Positions 1-13,178 of a DNA stretch of 64,000 bases are shown one piece after another (the stretch's first letter is position 1; each line of letters begins with the position of its first letter). A model generated the notes under the pieces. That model was not told the DNA's origin. It ran no database searches and saw nothing but the letters and a program-made list of their open reading frames with translations. Origin of the DNA: Tubiluchus corallicola (lineage: Eukaryota; Animalia; Priapulida); the NCBI GenBank assembly GCA_030141605.1, contig JAQGDQ010000022.1, positions 62,001-126,000 of the forward strand, in the 5' to 3' direction. The translations under genes were made by a program, and so were the position numbers.

Positions 1-553
1 TCAAAAATTGAGTGCAGCAAGTTAAGGTCATTTGCAGGTTAATAGCTGAGTATATATCGTATTATAGGGACATGCGACTGTACTTATACTATCTGATACC
101 TGTGCGAGCTCATCAAGGTCATTTACATGTGCAAGTGCTAACTTTCTGGGCACTTGCATCTGTAACTACTGAAAGTTTAAGCAGATTAAAGATTGGGCGA
201 TATTTGATATTTAAGAAAATTTGATATATCGAGGAATATCAGAATTTTGCTATATATGGGAGTATCCAACACAGAGTATTGAATATTGAATGATACTACT
301 GAGGAACCTGTAAATTTTGCATGCATGGAAGTGATTCCTATTTTTTAGGTGGAGCTGCAAATAAGTGGCTTTTCATTTTGCACATATTTAGGCTAAATCT
401 TGTATACATGAAAAACAACTTGTATTGAAAAGTTTAAATTTATGTGTGATTGTTAATCAAATGTTTTCCGTTTTTTTATTGCCATCCATAAGGAACTGCT
501 TTTAATCTCGATAGCTGCTCATTCTAAAATGTGTTGAATAAATTTCTTTGCAG

Positions 554-727
554 CCTAACTGTTACTCTAAAGTCATCAACGTGGACGGGAATAAACACAT
601 TGTGATCTTTGCTCTACGTGCGATCCAGCGAGGCGAGGAGCTGACGTACGATTATAAATTCCCTTATGAAGACACCAAGATTCCGTGTACATGCGGAGCA
701 AAAAAGTGCCGTCAGTATTTGAACTAA
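554..727 (+). CDS. KMT2A: Terminal coding exon of a trithorax/MLL-type (KMT2A/B) histone H3K4 methyltransferase; SET C-terminus plus post-SET; upstream exons lie outside the window
   Basis: Acceptor ttctttgcag| at 553. Translates [57 protein letters not shown], closely matching the MLL1/Trx C-terminus (PNCYSRVINIDGQKHIVIFA...[11 protein letters not shown]...CxCGAKKCRxxLN). Not in the ORF track because it has no start codon. Confidence 0.93.
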   Translation, partial: PNCYSKVINVDGNKHIVIFALRAIQRGEELTYDYKFPYEDTKIPCTCGAKKCRQYLN

Positions 728-1920
728 TAAGCTGTCCATAGTAAAAAGAGAGTAAAATATTTTGCTCATTTTTGGAGTGTGTGTATATATTAATGAGTTT
801 GTTTAAAAAACTTTGTCTATTTACAAGGATTTTTCACATTGGAGAATCATATATCTGGTACTAGGTTAAGTTAATTGAATTAAATATTAAAAGCTACCTA
901 AAGTCATTCATGTCTTATTGCATTTGCACACTCCCAGATAGTTACATTTCTGAATTACATGCTTTGATCAGTGGTTCTTTTAAAAAAACTCAAGATTTAA
1001 ATTCCCGTTAATGGCCTTATAAAGTCCTCAGTCTCAGTCTTCACACTGTGTTTTCTCCTTTATGAATTAATTGTCTGCTTATATTGCAGTGCTGCCTCTT
1101 TATTTGTCGACACATTAATAATTCAACTTGTTCACAGTTTCTACTATTGCTTTTACATTTTTAGAAAACTAGAAAGTTACAGCTGTTTTTACAGTATAAG
1201 TGCATAGTAAAAATTGAGACTTTTTTGGGCATTTAACACCTTGTTTGAGCAGACGATTGCAGTAAAAATGTACATTTTAAATTTTCATCATAATGAAACT
1301 GGTACAAAATTGCCAATGTAACACACATTTTACTTGGAGATTCAGCAAGTATAATGTTATCGTGCTGGAAAAACTATTATCCCCAAGCTGACATGCCTAT
1401 TTCAAAAGCTTAACATCATCAGTTTTGGTATTCTTAAATGACAGTAGAGGTGCTACGATGGCTGCCTGACATTGATTATTGTGTTTCTGTATCTGAATAA
1501 CCAAAGTAATATCACTGTATGTTTATTAATTTGGGCGCTAATATTAACTTTTTTAAGTTATTCTTAACTATTATTACCAATACGTGCCGTTGTTTTGCCG
1601 AGCACTGTGTATGTACGAGTTGAACACTATAACACAGCTGTATTTTATTGTTGTAGATAGACCCTAAGATTTTATCACTGTAAATATTGTACTCATATCA
1701 CTAGGTAGGTTGGCCTATTTAGACAATTTTTTATTTTCTTTTGAATTCAGTTAGAATTTATGCTTCAAAAGCTGTTGTAAATTTTGTTTAAATCATCTTC
1801 TGTCTTATCAATTTGTTATTGGAAATCCGGGTACACAGTTTTAAACCTGAACATGTAAAATTGCGTTTTTGTATTATACTAGAAGAATGTAGAAGATTTA
1901 ATTATTATTATTATAATAAA
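728..1920 (+). other. Probable 3' UTR of the KMT2/trx gene, ending near AATAAA at 1915-1920
   Basis: AT/U-rich non-coding stretch after the stop codon; AATAAA at 1915 and an alternative near 2217. Confidence 0.45.
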
Positions 1921-2760
1921 ATTGGAAAAATGACAAAGTATTTACTGCATAGTAAGTTACATTTTTGTTTACAATTGATTCCCCAAGACGAGTCATTCAT
2001 CATCCATTGGAAGGGGTTGACAGACATCTCAGAAACTGTCGATCTTTTTTGCTGAATTTCTGTGATGCTTCCCTTTTGTTTTTAGTTGAAAAATGTCACA
2101 TGTTTATACACATTTTGCTTAGTAATCCTATGATTTTGCCACTTTGGGAAGTTAGCAAGCCATCAAAGGCGGACTCTTAGAAGGTTACTAAATGTGAGAC
2201 GCCGGTTTTAACATGAATAAAACGTTGGATACCCTTTAAATTTAAAATCTCAAAATAGATTATTGAGCCAGTTAAGGGAAAAGCTCCTGAAAGAAAAAAA
2301 TACTATTTTGATACTATGTATGGCATTCAACGTTTCATGTCTTGGAAGGTTGTGTCTTTTAAGCCAGTAATTATAGCCCAACTAATGCGTTACTCATAAT
2401 ATTAAACAAAAAGTACCAGCTACATGAGCAGTAAAGTGTGGAATAACTGACATTTTTAATTTAGCTGGCAAATTGCTAGCTGATGTGTAATAATAATGTG
2501 TGGCCTATGACATAAATTATAATAACTATTTTTATAACATGGCCTTACTGAAAATAACTAAAATAGAAACCCAACTGAATAAGACAGAATCTCGTTGTAT
2601 CTCAATTCTTTAGATAATTTTTAATTGTACACATGCGCATATCTTGTAAGTACATGCATTTTGTATTAAGTGTGATTGGTAGTAATGGCTGAATTGGCTT
2701 TCCATACTTTAAGGGGCACTCCTGCCGATGCATGTTGGGATAACTGAAAAGGTCTTACAA

Positions 2761-2793
2761 ATGGCGTCGAGTGGGCAGAATTCTTCATTAGAG
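2761..2793 (+). CDS. GPATCH8: Putative first coding exon of GPATCH8-like gene (MASSGQNSSLE)
   Basis: aaATGGCG start context, 11 codons, then GAG|gtgaaa phase-0 donor compatible with the phase-0 acceptor at 5547. No recognisable homology, so the assignment is positional. Confidence 0.45.
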
Positions 2794-3695
2794 GTGAAAT
2801 GTCCATTAGCTTTTTAGGCGTAACGGTAGTTCTGTGTAGCCTAAGTTGTGTAATAACTTGGCTGTGTATCGTTTTGGGAGCTTGGCATCGGCCTAAGTCA
2901 TGATTGAGCAGAGAAAAAGCATACTTTTTTAAGAGCAAGATAATAGTTTGAGCCTAATTTTTGGGAAGTTCTAACGCATTATGACATTTCTGATTAAAAA
3001 AGTAGCTAGCTATTAGCGAGATATAAAGTCGTCGAATATTTTTTGAATCCTTTAATATTTTTTGAAGAGTAACACTAAAAACTTGCTACAACCCTATTTT
3101 GATCTATGGCATGGGTTTATGATCATGGTACTCGAGTCTCAATGAGGTTATGAAAAATAAATTTCAGATTTGCTCTGTATCTTGTCATTGCAAAAACGTT
3201 TTGGATTCAGTGAATCACGTGTTATAAACTAGCTGTCTGTTTATCTTCGAGTCAAACAAATCAAGCTTCATATCGTAATATGTTTTGATTAGTTAATGAA
3301 TCGTCCCCTAGTTACTTGAGAAATGATTCAGTAGAAAGTAGAAATGATCATTTTATGCTATTGGACAGTAATCATTCATTTCAATTAACAAGATTTAACA
3401 GAGTTGGTCAAACTACTTTTCAGTATATGGCATTCAGACTTTGGAGCAGTCTTCCTAATGACATCAAAATGATAAATTAAATACCACTTTTTGAAAACAA
3501 TGTAATATCTTGCTGAAAGTGCATTTTGATCGTCATAACTGTAAATGACATTTACACACCGTAACTTAAATCAGGTGTAAAAGACTTTGACGAAGTATTT
3601 AAAGATGAATTACGATAACTGGCCCTTTTTAGTTAACAGGGAATTTGCAAAAAGTATGCCTTTGCGGTAGTAATTTTTGCTTTTTTCTGCAGTTC

Positions 3696-3768
3696 GCTTT
3701 GTTTCAAATCAGCTTCTTTTGTAACTAGTAGTTACTACGTAGTACGCACTTGCTGATTTGGACACAGC
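3696..3768. mobile_element. Very small MITE-like inverted repeat
   Basis: gctttgtttcaaatcagc ... gctgatttggacacagc are imperfect inverted repeats around an internal palindrome gtaactagtagttac. Confidence 0.5.
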
Positions 3769-5546
3769 ACATTTAGTTTATAATTTGCATATAAATTCAT
3801 GCTCTAACGTTTTTCTTTTTTTCAAAATAACTGTCTAGCGTGCCTTATATTTTTTAGAAAGGATTTAAAAGGAATTTTAGAAAATTTTAAGTGCAGTATA
3901 CAGTGCCACTTTTCTAGTTAAATTAACTCAAAGTTAACAAAATTACTTCTAGTGACAAATTAAGCTGAGGACAAACTAAGCTGAGGACAAACAAACAAAC
4001 GACTGTCAAACTGAAAAGATATAAATCTAAATTCATAACAAGCAAACAAATGAAACTGTAGTTTTAAGTAAGGCATGTAAGTATCTCATGCTATAGTAAC
4101 TTATAAAAGGATCTGGATCAGAAATAATTGTGATTGGATCAGGATTTTCTGTGATAGGCCATCTCTGGTTACATGTATGAAACCTGTAAAAATTCCTGAA
4201 TGAATATAAACATTAGGATGCAAAGAAAGCATTTTGAATAGATTTTACACTCTTTGCATTAGCAAGTAAATTCAATAACCATCATATTTACGTTATGCTG
4301 GGCTTGGAAAAAATATGTTTCCGGTTGCCGAGCATCTGTGCCATTTTTTGGTCAACTCAATTGATTTTTTTACGTTTTGCCAAAAATTTTTTATTTGCTT
4401 GCCAAATGGCAATTGTTGTTCAGCTTCACACTTTTATAAATGCAAATGTTAAATGACAAGTATTGGCCCGCACAAACTTGAGCCATTATATAGTAAATGT
4501 AATTGATCTGGCGGTGGTGAGTGGTGGTGGGATCGTGGCCGTGGTGGTGGTAGTGCTACAGTTACCCGTTTATAAATATATCTTATTAATTAGTTAGAAA
4601 TGAAGTACTATTTTTTAATCAAAATTACACTTTAATAAATTATTTATGAAAAAAAATTGTGAACTTATCAAAATCAGATGTGGTAATCTGGTTAGAAAAT
4701 CTAATAAATTCACACCGTCATGGCACATGACAAAAAAATCATTAAAAAATATAAATAATTTCAGTCTACCCATAGTGTAAAATGACAAGAAATCTGAAAC
4801 AAACATATATTTTTTAGGCTCAGTCATATTACATTCCCCTAAAATCATATTATGCATTGAAGGAAGACTTTTCATACACTATCTGATTTTCAAGTCCCGA
4901 TAAAAAGGGAAGTAAAAATATTTCAAATGATTTTAAATATTCCATATTTCAGCTTTAAAACAATCACAAAGCTTAATATTTCCTCCCTCCTACAGACACC
5001 TTTTGAGCTCAAGAGCTCAACAGATTCATTTTTGTGACTGGGCAGCCTTTTGAAATTAATAGTAATATTTTGAGCAGTATAATGTAAATAGTAGAGCCAC
5101 CTTTAAGGGATTTTATAATTTGTAATGCAATGTGAAAACTGTACAACCAAAAATTTGAGATGTCACACTGACCACAAACAGTTTCCACTTAACAGGTTTT
5201 AATAAGTTGGTGAGTAAAGTCATTGTTGAATAAGACACGTATAAAATAGGAGCTCTATTATATAAGACCTCAATGACAGTTTAATATTGCTGACTTTGAC
5301 AATGAATTTTCACATGAATATAGTCAGCATGAATTTTCATGTGCACTGATGTGATGGATTGTTGGGGGGGGAGGCAGTTGAGCCACTGGATCTTGCTGGA
5401 ATACCTAATTGGTAATAGTTTCACTTGCTTCTATTATGATTAGGGCTATGGCAAGTAATTATCTACTACCTGATTGTTATATGCTGCCAGCCGTTGTGAT
5501 CAAAAATGTTGTGATACATGTAGTGAAATGTGTACTCGTTTTTCAG

Positions 5547-5630
5547 GACCAGAATGAATTTAAAGGCATTTGCGAAGATCATGATGGCTGGTTTTTGGAA
5601 ATGGCTTCCTTAGAGACTCCTATATCTGAG
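5547..5630 (+). CDS. GPATCH8: GPATCH8-like exon 2 (DQNEFKGICEDHDGWFLEMASLETPISE)
   Basis: tttttcag| acceptor, GAG|gtaaca donor, 84 nt, phase 0-0. ASLETPISE matches the ASLDKPIES segment that precedes the G-patch in GPATCH8. Confidence 0.8.
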
Positions 5631-6129
5631 GTAACACGATGGATATTAAGTAGTTCTTAGTAATATGTTAACTTGATTTTGCTAAGAAAATGTTTATGTT
5701 GCACAAAATCGTGCGAAAGTTCACAATTCTGTTTTCTGTTTCCTGCAAGAAGATGCAATTCTAGTCTATTGTCGTCATCAAGCCATCATGTTGGCTGTAT
5801 TGTGCATGGTAATTTTGACTATTTTTTGTGCAACACAGCTACAGTACTAAACTTTAGTTAGGAGGAGTAATTTGGAAAATAATCTTCGTCCATGGCTACT
5901 AATTGGAATTTTGCAACCAATATGGATTCAAATACAATGTAATGAGCCTGTCTTACGGTAGTTAGCTGTAGTTAGGTGTACGCCATATACTTTCTTAAGT
6001 CATTTAATCACATAAAGTAATTTGAAAACAGAGTTATAAGTCATAAGTCGACTTTGAACTTTGTACTTTATTTGCTGATTGTGTTATTAGAGTTAGATTG
6101 TTTACTGCTTCTTTTTTTACATTTTCTAG

Positions 6130-6270
<141 letters not shown>

Positions 6271-9200
6271 TGAATCCTCTTCTTTCAGTGCTGAAGCAAG
6301 AGTTGACAGCAAGGAAATAAGTCATCGATTCCACAAGTTTCACAGCCAGTTTTTTGCAGTATGAGTTAAGCTGTGTTTGTTGAGATGTCTGAGAGTCAAG
6401 CATATGTCTGCTGAAATATCAGTTTAATTTCTTATCTGAAATCCCAGTTATTACGAGAACATTCTGCTTGTTTTTGTGCCATTTTTTAATTCATTGATGT
6501 GCACAACTTTTCACGTGCAAATCACCATCCTTTACACAAAGAGTTTTGGTTGTAAAATTGCCTTGTTCACCTCTAGATAATTGTAGAAGTTGCAGACGTC
6601 ATTTCCTTCCAAACCTATAATCTCAGATCCTTAAGGAGCCAAAAAACATTTCAGTCATGGTTGTTAACACTAGAACCTTATTCAACACTTCCAACCAGTT
6701 TAATGTGCTACAGTAGGGTTAGTGTAACTGCGTCGAAAAGGCAATAACTAGCAAGTATAACATGTGGTGTGCTTCAGTATGAATGATTATGCTGGCTTCC
6801 AGTACACAGGTAAGTTTAATTTCTAATGTCACATAGTGCTAAGAGCAGTTTTCATCAAGTTCCTTCCCGTGAACGATGTTTTCGCTTTTTGGCAATCTAG
6901 AGCCTAAAAATTGGCAGCAGCAGAAATGTGCCATTGTTGTGCCTGCTAGGTAGCCCTAGCTAATCAGTGTTGGTCATTTCAGAACCCCATGTCCAGTGTA
7001 TTAGTGGATGTTTCGCGATAAAATGACGCTAAAGGTAGGAAAACAAATCTGTGATGCTGCGCAACTCACCGGATCACTACTTTAGTATATATGTTCTACA
7101 TTACTGTACGGTTATTAATATATGTCATCTCTGGTAGCCGGCTGTATTGTTGTGTGCACAGTTTATTGCTGCTCTGAAGCTAACCCCTCCTTTCAGCTTC
7201 CAATGAGAGCACATTCAAGCATCCTCTTAGTTTTACTCCTGTTTTCCCAGTTATGCTAACTTTTATGCACTGTAGTTCTGTTAGCTCTTCTATCGTTTGC
7301 TTTCTACTGTGTTACAAGGGCTGTTTGCATGGTGACGGTTTAATACATTATACATGCAAAACATGTTTTATCAATTAAGGGCAGTTAATAGGCCTTCCAG
7401 CAGTTTCTGCTCTAATACTCGAGTAATAGTGTAAGACTGGTATGTGTTTTCACGTACAAGGTTCCGTGAAAAAATGTTTGCATGATTAAAGAAATATGTT
7501 ATTGCTTCTAATTCTAGTTCGCAAATTTTCCAAAACTTGCTTGTGGCAAGTGAATTTAGGGAAAATGGCAAGTTAGCGTATACTGATTTTTCGAACCAAT
7601 GAAATTTTGAAATTGGCTGCTTTAAGTTCACTGAAAGTAAAAACTGTTAATAAATTTCATAATTATTTTTAAAGAAACTAATTTCCATAAACTTGAATAT
7701 AACTTTAAATCATTATTTTATTAATTGTTTATCAGATACACAACAAAAATAGTTTTTGTATGCGCCGGATAATCTTGTTTTGTCTAAAATGCCGTCTCTG
7801 TGTATTAATTAGTGGCTGATGCACTTGTCATTCTAGTGCTTCTCCATGAAACATCTTTAATTAAATAAACCAGTCTTATACTAATGATTGATTGTGGCAT
7901 GTTTGCTAGCTTCTGGCAGTAATAATAATATTTCATTCTTAACAAGTCTTTGATATAACCATGGACTTGTATTATCCTGAGTAGAGTCGTACGGGTCCAT
8001 CATCTTATTCATAAGAAGATTATCATTAATCTTCAGCATAGTTTACCATCTGATTTTGTTTTTATTGCATTGTTTATGTCACAAATGTGATACTGTTAAA
8101 CATTTTTTTAGTCACATAATTTTTGAAATTAACTAATTCATCATTCAAAGATTGTAATAACTATAAAAAAACATCCTACAGTTTGTTTAAAGAACTTCAT
8201 TGGTTTTCGTGGTCACATGTAATTTATTTTTGCCTACAGTATCAAGCAACCTGTTCTTTATCTTGATTATTTAATTTATTTTTACACTTTGGTAACTTTT
8301 GCTCTCATTTAGTTGTGCAGTACTCGTTTGCATGTCTTTCCTTAGACTGCACTGATTTCTAAGTCATTTTCTGTTTAATGAACACAAGACACTTTCCTGT
8401 TTAATGATCATAATGTCTAACTGTTCAATGAAATGTCTCTAGTCTTTCTATATGAAACGATCTTTCCTTCATTCATTAATAAACACTGAATTTATAACGA
8501 AAGTACTTATAAAATATTTCTAGTAGTGCTTCTGATGTAAAGTGTACACTGCTGTTCATCTGGACTTGGGGAAAATTGCAGTTTCATTTTATTTGACTAG
8601 ACAAATTTTAAAACTGGCATGTGAAATTAGGTGACGTATTGTGTAGTAATGTTGATTTAACATTGTGGGTTAGCTTGTTTGTTTACATTTGGTTTTGCTG
8701 TGCTGCTTAGTCCTCGCATAGAAAACTTGGCACTTCGCAATTACACAATTAAGAGTTTGATGTTGAAAGTTTCCGTAGTCAGTCATCAAAATTTTATGAT
8801 TAGTGTGAACAACAGTAAGTGAACGTTAACTGAAATTGGTTGATTATATGCAAATTCTATTTCATTTCAAACTTACTCTTTTGTGATAATTATTTTTGTT
8901 AACAAATGCACTGCAGACTAACATTTATGGCAGCCGATGCTGTACACGATATTCAGATGCATGTGTTAACCTGTATGTTGAATTCCGGTTGTAAGTACGG
9001 GGTGTAATGCATGTTTTACTTCAGCTCAATAATCTTTTTTGTGCAGTTAGTACCAGCCAAATCAGTAATTGCTTTTATTCTGCAATGCTTACCATTTTGA
9101 GCTAACTAATTTACTAATCTAGATAATAGCAAGTGGTTTAGTAGTTACGGCATATTATGTGCTCAATTCACATCATCTAAAAAGCTTTTATAAAGAAACT

Positions 9201-12200
9201 TAGCAGTAGTTCGAAATTTTCTTGACAACGATTCTTCTTTTGCTAGATCGCACATGAGCATGTGTTGGAGTGTTGTCAGTGCACTGTTTATTGCTTGTAG
9301 TTTCTTTGCTGCCGGTATCCTATTCTTTTGTCATAACATTTCTTACATATAGTATTATTATGGGTGTGTTGTGGTGGAGCATGTGTTTTTAAATGCATTT
9401 AACGAATAGACTGGTGTAAGTACAGTGAAATTATTTAGCACCAATGTGGTATGGGTACTAATATAGTGGTGTGCTGCAATTACAGGTAAAGGTAATTTTA
9501 AACCATGGAAAACAGTGTGGAAATTGTTAGCATTTTTGTAGTATTTCTCTGCAGCTGCTAACGCAATGTTATATTGTGTTTATATGTATTAGTGTGAACA
9601 ACCTTATTTTACAATTTTCATAGTAAATTACATCTTGTTATTCTAATGTATTTGTATTTAATGCATTTAAAACTCGTCAAGTGCTACTGTTTATCGTAAG
9701 TTAAATTGGAGCTATGTGTATTACTGAAGTAGTTCTGTGCAAGTTTTATTATTAAACGAAATGGCTGTTATTTTGAGGAACTGGTTAAGCAAATTCTGCT
9801 GATTACTGCTGCTACTTGTTGTATTTAGTAGCTAGTTAGACAATTGCAGTATCTGTTTATAATTAGTCAGGTATTTAGACTAGATGTGGATGGATAATGT
9901 GCGTCATACTAACTGGGGTTTTGTGGCAGTATAAAAAAGCTGCATGCTTTTGCGATCTTTCTGTCAAATTTAAATATGGAAGAGCACTTAACATTGTTGT
10001 GCGTAGTTGTCACTCAACACTTCTTTTTAGCTGACTTAATTTTCGTGTCTGCCTTGCAACTGCACTTTGCTTGTCTTTCTTTAGTAGATTTATGGTGATC
10101 ATATGTACAGCATACATTGTTATCGTCTTGATTTTGTTCATTCAGTACATCAGTAAAGATATTTGTTTTTTGTGACGACATAATAGCATACGTTTTTTCA
10201 GATTGTTAGCTACTTACGTTCACTAGTTTTTTTGCAGTTTTAACAGTGACATTTATCAAACTTTTTCATTGAATCTTGCTAAATTTATTGGATACTGGTG
10301 TGTTAAAGTATGCATGAGACACTCACTATGTGTTAACAATTTTAAGAACTGGTTTATTCGTACTTGGTGCCTGGAATACCAGACAACAGAGAAAATATTT
10401 CGGATGAGAAAACTTAGATGTCAAGGTGAAAAATGTAGTGTTCACAGTTACAGTTACTGTTGTGTTCAGGCTTGTTGTAAGAGTTTAGCTTGTTTGTGAC
10501 GAGACAGTTCCTACATTTCTGATTAGTTTGTGTCTTGTTCTAAGCATGTTCATAAAATTGTGTTAATTTTTGAATGTTATTTCTTAAATTTTAAATTCAT
10601 GCTTTTTTGTTCATGCTAATTTGCCATAACTTCATCACAAGTCATATAAAACAAAATGAATTATTAATTTTTATTGTAGTAACTTGACTTCAATTTCACT
10701 TGACATGTAAAAATTGCTTGAACATAGAAAGAGTGTTTTTGTGTGTACAGTTGCACCGGACGCAAACATTTATATTCTGTAAGTTAATGAGCTGATCTTT
10801 GTTTTTGTTTGAAGAATATTAGAATAACTCTTCTATTCAGTAGGTTGGCCGTAGGTAAGCTGAGTTACATTGATTGATGTCTGATTTTGAATTTAATGTA
10901 GACTGCATGTTCGTGACTAACACTTAATGCCCAACAGCCAACTTACGTTTTGGAAAATGGAGATCATAGAAATTACCTATTTTGATGCTTCTTCAGTTTA
11001 TGTAGCAAAGGATTTTAACCAAGAAACTATCCCAGGATGACCTTGTCTGTCTCACCTTAGCCTGCCTGTGAGTTTTAACCCATGCCTGTGTTAAAGTGTG
11101 TGTACACAATTGTGCTAAGTTGGATATTTGCCAGTGTTGCTGTTGTCTTAAAACTACATTGATTTTACAAATTTGAAACTAACATACTTTGTCCATAGGA
11201 GAAATTAACACGTTTTCTGCATGAACCAGCATACAGATTACATTGCTGCATCTATGTTCATTAATTTCTTACTTTTGGACTGCAGCAATTACTTATGAAA
11301 AAATATCTTTTGTAGCAGACAGTGCTATGAATCTCTAGAGTACATTGTGTGCTGATTCATCCGTTATGGGACCTGCAGAACTGATTTGTTATAGCTGTGC
11401 AAGAATCACTTAAAGCAATGCAGTAGCAAACAGTATGCTCCAGTGTTTTGAGTGTACACAATGCATTATCTGCATGAAGTCAACTATTCTGGGATTGGCT
11501 AGAATTTGTTTAAAGTAATTTTGCTTTAGAGTGTTTTTAATAATTGCATTCAAAACAATACAGATCTGTAGCAGACAATGTGTTAATAGTATGCATGTTG
11601 CTTATTAGTGCACTTATAACTAATTTGCATCCATTGGTTTTCTTCTCTGTATAACGTTTGTGATCTCACTGGGTGTGGCTCTTATTCCTTTACTGTCTTT
11701 TATGGTTTCTCTTGCAATTTGCGCTATTAACTCTCATGAAAGCTATTATTCATTTTAGCTTGCTTATTTTAGGTTATAAGTTACATTTGTTGAGCTGCAT
11801 TCACACTTATCTGACTTACAAACAAGATCCAGCAAAAGCTAACTGATGTTTCATGTATGTTGTATAAAAAATTGTTGAAAATCTTCAATGCTGTTAGTGG
11901 TTATCGTTGCTATAGCAGGGTTTGTTAACTATCGCTGCAGTGCTTTCATGATTCTCTGTACACTTGAACACGTGATGCTCTTAAATTACTTGCTTAATAG
12001 TGAATCACTTTGCTTTTGCAAGCTTACGTTGCCATTATCAAATACTGGATAAGTGTGACTGTAGTCTTAAGGGTAAAACAAGTAATATTTAAATGTCGTT
12101 TGTAAGTGTCATAATTAAATAAGATAGACTGTAGGGAATTATTAAAATGTTGTCAGTCTGCTTTGTATCCTTTCTCGCCACAGATTAAAGTTGGAGTTGT

Positions 12201-12779
12201 GAAGTTGAAAGTGAATAATGTGAAGTAGAAGATCCATCTTGCCAATTTTGCAAATCTGCTCAGGATAGATTGTTTATTTGTATACAAAACAGTTGCAGAA
12301 GTTACTTGTTTTTGGAGTTGTAGTAGTAGTTTCTGTTTGTTTTTATGAACTTAGCGAAGACCATTGGTTTATTATTATGAGTTTTTGTGGCATGATGTAT
12401 ATGGTGTATTCAAGTCGTGGTGCGTTCATATGAGTGGGGCTGATTTTTCATCATAAGTTAACATCTTCATTTCGTAATGTTAATATTTGTCTTACCAGCT
12501 ACTTGTGACATATTCTGTCTCACTGTTAATATAATGGCTTAACAGCATATGGTGCTGCAAAAATGCGGTTTTCTAGTGTTTTAATGTTTAAAGTTTATGA
12601 TGTAGCATTTCCACTGTTGGCATTTGCTTTTTCATCTGCCTTATTACATTATTGTGCATTTGAGTATATGGTTTTTCTTGTAATGTTCCATTATTCATAA
12701 ACATTCTTCTATTATAAACTTTAAACTGTCATTTGAGACTTTGTTAGTTAGTTGTCCTCAGCATTTTGAATGATTGCAG

Positions 12780-12931
12780 GTCGTGTGGAACCGGTGCCAT
12801 TTGTTTTAAAGTCGGACATTATGGGGTTTGGTCTTGAGTCACTCGAAAACTTACTAGCAGAGCAGGCTACAGAAAGATGTCGCCTAATGTCAGACAAAAG
12901 GACTTTTCATGAGCTGCAGGAAACACACGAG
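12780..12931 (+). CDS. GPATCH8: GPATCH8-like exon 4, C-terminal half of the G-patch ((G)RVEPVPFVLKSDIMGFGLESLENLLAEQATERCRLMSDKRTFHELQETHE)
   Basis: Phase-1 acceptor attgcag| joins exon 3 to restore Gly; donor GAG|gtaaat. Aligns with GPATCH8 [35 protein letters not shown]. Confidence 0.9.
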
Positions 12932-13178
12932 GTAAATGACATTCCCTGTCACTTTCATCTTGTTGGAGTAACTTATATTTTATATTATTAATGTGTGCTG
13001 CAAGAAAAAGTTTTCAAGATACCAGTAGCAATCTGAAAATATAGAAGAGCGTGTTTACCAGTGTATTGATATTGTTCATACTTAGTACTATAATTAAATT
13101 TGTGCATACTCTTAAAAATTCAAATCTCTGTCATTCAGTTCATCTCTTAATGCATTGCAGACCAAAGTTACTGCTGTT

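Noticed and set aside
3956-3995. Short tandem duplication (taagctgaggacaaac twice)
   Set aside because: Ordinary slippage duplication in an intron; similar trivial ones occur near 30535 and 56256.
4297-4900. hAT-like element bounded by ctgggcttggaa / ttcaagtcccg
   Set aside because: Terminal match is weak and no target-site duplication is visible.
12391-12443. Possible intronic C/D box snoRNA (atgatg...ctga)
   Set aside because: Imperfect C box, too short, no terminal stem or recognisable guide.
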